Below the pieces are notes generated by a model. It did not search any database, was not told where the DNA came from, and saw only the letters and a list, made by a program, of their open reading frames with translations. Of a stretch of 64,000 bases of DNA, positions 58,495 to 64,000 are shown in pieces. The stretch comes from Candidatus Velthaea sp. (GTDB lineage: Bacteria; Vulcanimicrobiota; Vulcanimicrobiia; Vulcanimicrobiales; Vulcanimicrobiaceae), in the NCBI GenBank assembly GCA_965214935.1, contig CBDCCS010000003.1, positions 64,001-128,000 of the forward strand, in the 5' to 3' direction. The position numbers and the translations under genes were made by a program. The number at the start of each line of letters is the position of its first letter. Within the stretch, counting starts at the first letter, position 1.

Positions 58495-58829
58495 CGACGT
58501 TACGCGCAATGCTCGATGTCCTGGGTAGCGCTCCCGAGATAACGCCGGTACAATCGCCGTTCGAGGAAACGTACGGTTTGGGGGCGCCCACGACCCGAAA
58601 CGTTGCGTGCAGCGCGACGTGATGTTCGTTAGAACGCGAACAAGCGCTAAAACGCGAACGATCGCGAACGCGAATCCTAGAAATTTGCTGAACGGCGAAC
58701 GACAGCGGCTCAGCGTCCATTCGAGTTCTGTTGTACTGTTTGCAATGGTGCCGACTGAAGAAGCGCGCTTTCTGTTGTGCGAACCGCTTTTGCAATGATG
58801 CCAGCATTCTGCTCGCTACGTTGCGATGT

Positions 58830-59787
58830 GCGGCGGCGGCCGCAGTCTTGTCGGACCGTATCTTTCGCAGTTTTTATGGCTGGACATCCCGCACGAACTC
58901 GACGCATCGATACTGCAGCGCCGCAGCGCCGCAGCACCGCGGCAGCCAACGTCGACTTCGTCACCGACCGCCAAACCTGGCTAGGCGTGCAAAACGGCAT
59001 CGTGCATTTCGCACCGGCGCCGCGTGCGTCCGCGCCGCGCTACCTGCTCGACGGTCGCGATCTCAGCGACTATCTGCAGAAGATCCGCAGCGGCATCGCC
59101 TGGCAGAACGCAGCCGCCATCATCGGCGCAATGGACGCCGCAGCCGCTCCCGAGCTCGACATCGACGACTTTCACTCGCTTTTCGGTCTTGCGCGCAGCA
59201 TTTCCGGATCGGCGATGTTTTATCAGAAGATGCTCGTCCAGCGGCGGGTTCGGCCGGATGCCGTCGGCGGCCTTATCACGTTGCGCGCGATGCGGCGCCG
59301 CTCGACGCATCGCTGTGGTCGTCGACGGCGCTCGAACTCGTACAAGCGCGAAACGGCAACACATTCTTACCGCAAGCGTATCCGTACGGCACTCCGCCGC
59401 ATCCGAGCTATCCGGCCGGACTTGGAAACCTAGCGGGCACGGGCGCAACGATTCTTAAAGCGCTCGTTAACGAGCGGTACACGATTGCGCAACCACAAAT
59501 TCCGACTGCCGACGGCACTCAGCTTGTAGCGTATTCCGGTGCAGCCCTGACAATCGGAGGCGAGCTGGTAAGCTTGCGGCGAATTGCGCGTATCGCCGCG
59601 GGACGTCGGGCGTCCAGTATCGCAGCGATAGTTTGGCCGGTTTGTAGCTCGGCGAAGCCGCTGCGTCTCCGTGCTGCAAGATCGCGCCGCACTCCAAGGG
59701 CCGCATGCGGCGGGGAATGAGTTCACCCGTTTCGACGGCAAAACGATTCACATCAAGCCCGGTTCCGGTGCGATCGCCTTTAGCTGA
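58830..59787 (+). pseudogene. Vanadium-dependent haloperoxidase (bromoperoxidase-type) remnant
   Basis: Motifs spread over changing frames: LVGPYLSQFL; DFVTD...WLGVQNG; RYLLDGRDL; FYQK..V.RR.RP; LPQAYP.GTP.HPSYPAG; TILKA; LTIGGEL; GV.YRSD...LGE; FTRFDG.TI. Confidence 0.8.
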
Positions 59788-59873
59788 TTCGCTACCAGGC
59801 GAAGCACGTTGTTAACGATTGAGCCGGCTCGAAGCCTTACCGCTCGTTTTAGCCGCAGCCGAAACGCTCAGTT

Positions 59874-59905
59874 TCTTGACAACTGTTAAGAGCCGGACGT
59901 AGTCT
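59874..59905 (+). promoter_or_regulatory. Promoter with overlapping inverted repeat upstream of HTH-ribBA
   Basis: TCTTGACA-ac-TGTTAAGA (59874-59891) covers TTGACA; TAGTCT at 59900-59905; GTG start at 59912. Confidence 0.65.
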
Positions 59906-59911
59906 AAGCGC

Positions 59912-61336
59912 GTGGAGAGTTTTGCAACGGAATTGCGTGCTGCGATGCATGAAGCGGGCTTAACAGCGACAACGTTGGCTGCCCGTTCCGGGTTGACCGA
60001 GGGCGCGATCTCTTATCTTCGATCGGGCCGGCGGGAGCCGTCGTTTCGCTCGATTGTGGCGCTCTCCGCAGCGTTGCCGCAGCTTGCGGCGCGCTTCGAC
60101 AGCGGACGGAGAACGATGGATTCGATCGAGTCGGCGACTGCCGATATCAAAGCCGGCAAAATGGTCGTTGTCCTCGACGACGAGGAACGCGAGAACGAAG
60201 GCGATCTGGTGATGGCAGCCGAGCGCGTGACGCCCGAGGCCATCAACTTCATGCGCAAGGAAGCCGGCGGCCTCATCTGCATCGCGCTATTGAGCGAACG
60301 GCTCGATCAATTGCAGATTCCGCCGATGGTCAACGACAATACCACCCCGCTCGGCACCGCCTTCGCGGTGTCGGTCGAAGCGCGTGGCCGGGTCACGACC
60401 GGCATCTCGGCTCAGGACCGCGCGAACACCGTTTTAGCGCTCGTGGATCCAGCAGCGACGCCGGCGGATTTCCTGCGTCCCGGCCATATGTTTCCGTTGC
60501 GCGCGCGGCCCGGCGGCGTGCTCGTACGCGCCGGACAAACGGAAGCATCGGTCGACCTTGCCAAGCTCGCCGGCCTCAAGCCGGCCGGCGTCATCTGCGA
60601 AATCATGGACGACGACGGCTCGATGATGCGCCTGCCCGCGCTGCGCGATTATGCGAAGAAACACGATCTGCGGCTTATCACCGTGAAAGATCTGATCGCG
60701 TATCGCATGCGGCATGAGAAACTCGTTGCGCGCATCGCCGAATTCGATCTCCCGACGACGGCCGGTCAGTTCCACGGTATCGCTTACGAGTCGAAGGTCG
60801 ACGACATCGCGCACGTCGCGCTCGTCATGGGCTCGGTCGGCGACGGTAAGGACATCTTGGTCCGCGTTCACTCCGAATGTCTAACCGGTGATGCGCTGCA
60901 CTCGATTCGTTGTGACTGCGGCGCCCAGCGCGATGCTGCGATGAGTGCGATCGCTGCCGAAGGCCGAGGCGTCTTTCTGTATTTGCATCAGGAAGGGCGC
61001 GGCATCGGCCTAGCCAACAAATTGCGCGCGTATGCGTTGCAAGATGCCGGTGCCGATACCGTCGAAGCGAACGTCGCACTTGGTTTACCGGCCGACAAGC
61101 GCGACTACGGAATAGGTTCGCAAATCCTGGTGGATCTTGGTGTGCGCGAGATGCGTTTACTCACGAATAATCCGCGTAAGATTACCGGCCTCGAAGGCTT
61201 CGGCTTGACGATTCTCGGCCGCGTTCCGATTCAAACACTGCCGACGGTTCATAACGCGCATTATCTCGACACGAAGCGCGATAAGATGGGGCACATGTTC
61301 GTCAACGCACAGCCGACCGCGCCGATCATTCCATGA
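59912..61336 (+). CDS. ribBA: XRE-family HTH fused to bifunctional DHBP synthase / GTP cyclohydrolase II (RibBA)
   Basis: Residues 1-~60: LRAAM..AGLT...LA.RSGL....IS.L.SGRREPS. Then DDEERENEGD, RPGH.FPL, GQTE, VRVHSECLTGD, RCDCG, QEGRGIGL.NK, LLTNNP.K, K..KMGH. Confidence 0.93.
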   Translation: MESFATELRAAMHEAGLTATTLAARSGLTEGAISYLRSGRREPSFRSIVALSAALPQLAARFDSGRRTMDSIESATADIKAGKMVVVLDDEERENEGDLVMAAERVTPEAINFMRKEAGGLICIALLSERLDQLQIPPMVNDNTTPLGTAFAVSVEARGRVTTGISAQDRANTVLALVDPAATPADFLRPGHMFPLRARPGGVLVRAGQTEASVDLAKLAGLKPAGVICEIMDDDGSMMRLPALRDYAKKHDLRLITVKDLIAYRMRHEKLVARIAEFDLPTTAGQFHGIAYESKVDDIAHVALVMGSVGDGKDILVRVHSECLTGDALHSIRCDCGAQRDAAMSAIAAEGRGVFLYLHQEGRGIGLANKLRAYALQDAGADTVEANVALGLPADKRDYGIGSQILVDLGVREMRLLTNNPRKITGLEGFGLTILGRVPIQTLPTVHNAHYLDTKRDKMGHMFVNAQPTAPIIP

Positions 61337-61851
61337 AGAAGACCGCGCTTCCGGCCGGGACACTGCCCGACGCGAAAGGCAAGCGCTTTGCGATTGTCAG
61401 TGCACGGTTCTACGCGGATTTGGCCGACTGGCTCGAAGACGGAGCACGACGCGGACTACGCGGTTGCGGCGTTGCCGAAACGGATATCGATGTCGTCACG
61501 GTACCGGGTTGCTTCGAGATTCCGCTGGTTGCACGCAAGCTCATCGTGGCCGGTGAATACGATGGGATCGTCGCGCTCGGCGTAGTTATTCGCGGCGATA
61601 CGCCGCATTTCGATTACGTTGCGGGTGAATGCGCGCGCGGCATCATGACCGTTCAAATTACAACCGGCGTTCCTATCGGGTTCGGCATCCTTACAACGGA
61701 AAATTTGGCTCAGGCGCAAGAACGCGCCGATCCCGACCGCCTCGACAAAGGCTACGAAGCTGCTCTTGCAGCAGTCACCGTTGCACTCATCGAACCGCCG
61801 CCCAAGCGCGATACCGCGCGGGTCGGTTTTCGATCGTCCGCGGTGTCGTAA
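61333..61851 (+). CDS. ribH: 6,7-dimethyl-8-ribityllumazine synthase
   Basis: VPGCFEIP, LGVVIRGDTPHFDYV, PIGFGILT, QAQERA, KGYEAA. Confidence 0.95.
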   Translation: MKKTALPAGTLPDAKGKRFAIVSARFYADLADWLEDGARRGLRGCGVAETDIDVVTVPGCFEIPLVARKLIVAGEYDGIVALGVVIRGDTPHFDYVAGECARGIMTVQITTGVPIGFGILTTENLAQAQERADPDRLDKGYEAALAAVTVALIEPPPKRDTARVGFRSSAVS

Positions 61852-61884
61852 GCGCGGCGATCCGATGGCAGTGAGAAGCGCGGC

Positions 61885-62463
61885 GTGACGCTTGACGCCG
61901 AGTGGGCCGGCGCAATCGCGTCGATCGCATCAGCGCTCGTCGTTGCGCTGGCGGCCATCGCCGCGTTCTTGCAATTGCGCCATGTTCGCAATGCGAACGA
62001 TATCGTGGTCTATCTGCGGCTTATCGATCGCATGGATTCAACCGAAGGTTTGACCGCACGTCGTACGGTCGGCGATATGCGCGCACGTTTCGATAGCGAT
62101 GTCACCTATCGCGAGCGCATGACCGACCCGCATTTCATTCCCGACGACTTCATGAGTATCGGCGAGTTGCTGCGCTTCCTCGAACATATCGCTGTTCTGG
62201 TAACCAAAGGCGGAGTCGCCGAAGAGTTGCTGCTCGCTGAATACGCCGATACATTCGTCGAACTTTGGGACAACTTGCGACCGATCATCGTGCAGCGCCG
62301 GATCGCGTATGGTCCGTATACGGGCCGGGCGTTCGAGCATCTGGCGATGCGCGCAAAACACTACATCGATTCGGGCGCGATGGAACGCGAATACAACGCG
62401 CTTTTGCGCGATACGCGACCGGCGAAGAACCGGCAGCCCGATGAAAGCACCTCGCTGCGCTAA
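61885..62463 (+). CDS. DUF4760-like protein with N-terminal membrane helix
   Basis: A....A..QL....R N-terminus; L.FLE.IA.LV..G.....L...Y......W..L.P.I...R......FE.LA. Confidence 0.6.
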   Translation: MTLDAEWAGAIASIASALVVALAAIAAFLQLRHVRNANDIVVYLRLIDRMDSTEGLTARRTVGDMRARFDSDVTYRERMTDPHFIPDDFMSIGELLRFLEHIAVLVTKGGVAEELLLAEYADTFVELWDNLRPIIVQRRIAYGPYTGRAFEHLAMRAKHYIDSGAMEREYNALLRDTRPAKNRQPDESTSLR

Positions 62464-63020
62464 AGCATTGCGCCCGGCGGCTCGGCTCATCGGAAGCCGC
62501 GCGTTTAGCGCACGTTAAACTGTACTCGAAAATATACGTTGCCGCAATCGGTCGACAGCCGTCGATCTCCGTTCGGTAGAGCGATGCCTTCGCCGCCGCA
62601 AGCGCGCGATCGTTCATTGCGCTAGACTGCGCGTTCATGACCGATGCTTTGGTCACCGAGCTGTCCGGAGCAAGTTCGACGATCACATCGACGACACCAG
62701 GTTCGCGCAAGCCCGGCGGCGTTTGCGGAGCGATCGCGCGAAGCGTCGTTGGAGCAAGCGAAGAAGCTTTGCATTCGGAGCTTGGATTCACGATCGGCCG
62801 CGCATCGATCGGGCTTGCGGTTTGCGAGCGTTCAGCTTTGTGAAATCGCGCGCTCAAGTCGGGGCGTAAGATCTGGACCAGACTCGGTACCCAAGCGCCG
62901 AACGGACGGCATCCGGTCGCGCCGGGGACTTCGCCGCCTTCGAGCGTATCGATAAACGCATCTTCGAGATGGTCTGCAAATGGTAGCCGAAATACGATCG
63001 CATCGACGTCGCCCGTATGC
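62285..63020 (-). pseudogene. TonB C-terminal-domain protein fragment
   Basis: G.V.V.V.L..D..V...SV......MNDRALAAAKAS.Y.....C.P....YIF. Open frame extends upstream to a stop near 63025 with no signal peptide or convincing start, and the 3' end runs into the neighbouring gene. Confidence 0.5.
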
Positions 63021-63093
63021 TTTCATACTACTGGCTGCCGATTCTTGCCTCACACCGGGCATGCTCCGCCGCGCGCACCGCGAAGAAACAGGC

Positions 63094-64000
63094 GTGGAAT
63101 CCGTATGGTTCGACGGTGACGCCGTCGGGTATGTCGATCAGCGTAATTTGCCGCTTGCCGTCGAGCGTAAACGCGCGACGAATATCGACGATATCGTTGC
63201 GACGATTGCGAGCTTAGGCGTTCGCGGTGCTCCGGCGATCGGGATATTCGGCGCGTACGGTGTAGCGCTCGCGGCCCAATTGCATGCCGGTCCGGAGTTC
63301 GACGCTGCCGCCGGCCGGATCCGCGGCGCACGCCCGACCGCCGTCAATCTTGCCTGGGCCGTCGATCGGGTTTTAGCGCGGCCGGATCGCGACTATCTCG
63401 CTGAAGCCCGCGACATTCATGCCGAACAGCGCGAGATCGACCGGCGCATCGGTCGGGCCGGGAGCGAGCTTTTGCCGCAAGCCGGTAACGTGCTCACGCA
63501 TTGCAATACGGGTCCGCTGGCAACCGGCGGCGACGGAACCGCGCTGGGTTGCTTCATCGCAGCGCAGCGTGCGGGAAAACAGCTGCACGTCTTCGTCGAT
63601 GAAACGCGGCCGTTGCTGCAAGGCGCGCGCTTAACGATGTTCGAGTTACATGAGGGCGGCGTACCATGCACGCTGATGGTTGACTCGGCGGCCGCGATCG
63701 CGATGCAACGAAAGCAGATCGCGGCAGTCATCGTCGGCGCCGACCGCATTGCGACCAACGGCGATACCGCTAATAAGATCGGCACGTACGGCGTCGCCAT
63801 CGCTGCCGCTCATCATCGTATCCCGTTTTATATCGCGGCGCCGCGTTCGACGATCGATTTTGCCTTGTCCGACGGCAGCGGTATTCCGATCGAGGAACGT
63901 TCCGCTGCCGAAGTGCGCATAGCGGCGCAGGACGCCGTATACAATCCGGCCTTCGACGTAACGCCCGGAGAGCTCATTGCCGGCATCATTACTGAATACG
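63094..64000 (+). CDS. mtnA: S-methyl-5-thioribose-1-phosphate isomerase (runs off right edge)
   Basis: Manual translation from GTG 63094: DQRNLP, VRGAPAIG, ARPTAVNL.WA, LTHCNTG.LATGG.GTALG, DETRPLLQGARLT, GADRIA.NGDTANKIGTY, NPAFDVTP. Confidence 0.95.
   Translation, partial: MESVWFDGDAVGYVDQRNLPLAVERKRATNIDDIVATIASLGVRGAPAIGIFGAYGVALAAQLHAGPEFDAAAGRIRGARPTAVNLAWAVDRVLARPDRDYLAEARDIHAEQREIDRRIGRAGSELLPQAGNVLTHCNTGPLATGGDGTALGCFIAAQRAGKQLHVFVDETRPLLQGARLTMFELHEGGVPCTLMVDSAAAIAMQRKQIAAVIVGADRIATNGDTANKIGTYGVAIAAAHHRIPFYIAAPRSTIDFALSDGSGIPIEERSAAEVRIAAQDAVYNPAFDVTPGELIAGIITEY

Noticed and set aside
58731..59720. 329-aa and 218-aa ORFs as intact genes
   Set aside because: Each carries only part of the haloperoxidase motifs; they are frames of one fragmented gene

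Overview
A GC-rich bacterial chromosome segment. A Terrabacteria-style dapB-asd-aspartokinase-dapA and pcrA block occurs together with outer-membrane barrel and TonB-domain genes, which suggests a diderm terrabacterium such as Eremiobacterota (inference only). 1-13.5 kb is accessory metabolism and stress genes: partial uridine phosphorylase, TMEM175 channel, SDRs, TetR, YbdK, PP2C, HAD, MFS, YbiU, plus two pseudogenes. 13.8-20.9 kb is a sugar/sugar-acid ABC uptake and dehydrogenase operon. 22.2-36.6 kb is a six-gene locus of secreted DUF11-type Ig-fold proteins plus a large beta-barrel protein. Its pattern of N-terminal 'donor' strands and C-terminally incomplete domains suggests an uncharacterised donor-strand-exchange (possibly isopeptide-linked) pilus/fibre system, preceded by a sigma28-like promoter. 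Next come a lower-GC islet, tRNA-Gln/tRNA-Glu, sugar-nucleotide/glycosyltransferase genes, pcrA, the dap cluster and comF. The riboflavin cluster (ribD, riboflavin synthase ... ribBA, ribH) is interrupted by a sugar ABC transporter and decayed thioesterase and vanadium haloperoxidase genes. RibBA carries an N-terminal XRE-type HTH domain and sits directly behind a palindrome overlapping its promoter, making it a candidate enzyme-repressor fusion. The window ends inside mtnA. All calls are from motif recognition by eye; no searches were run.
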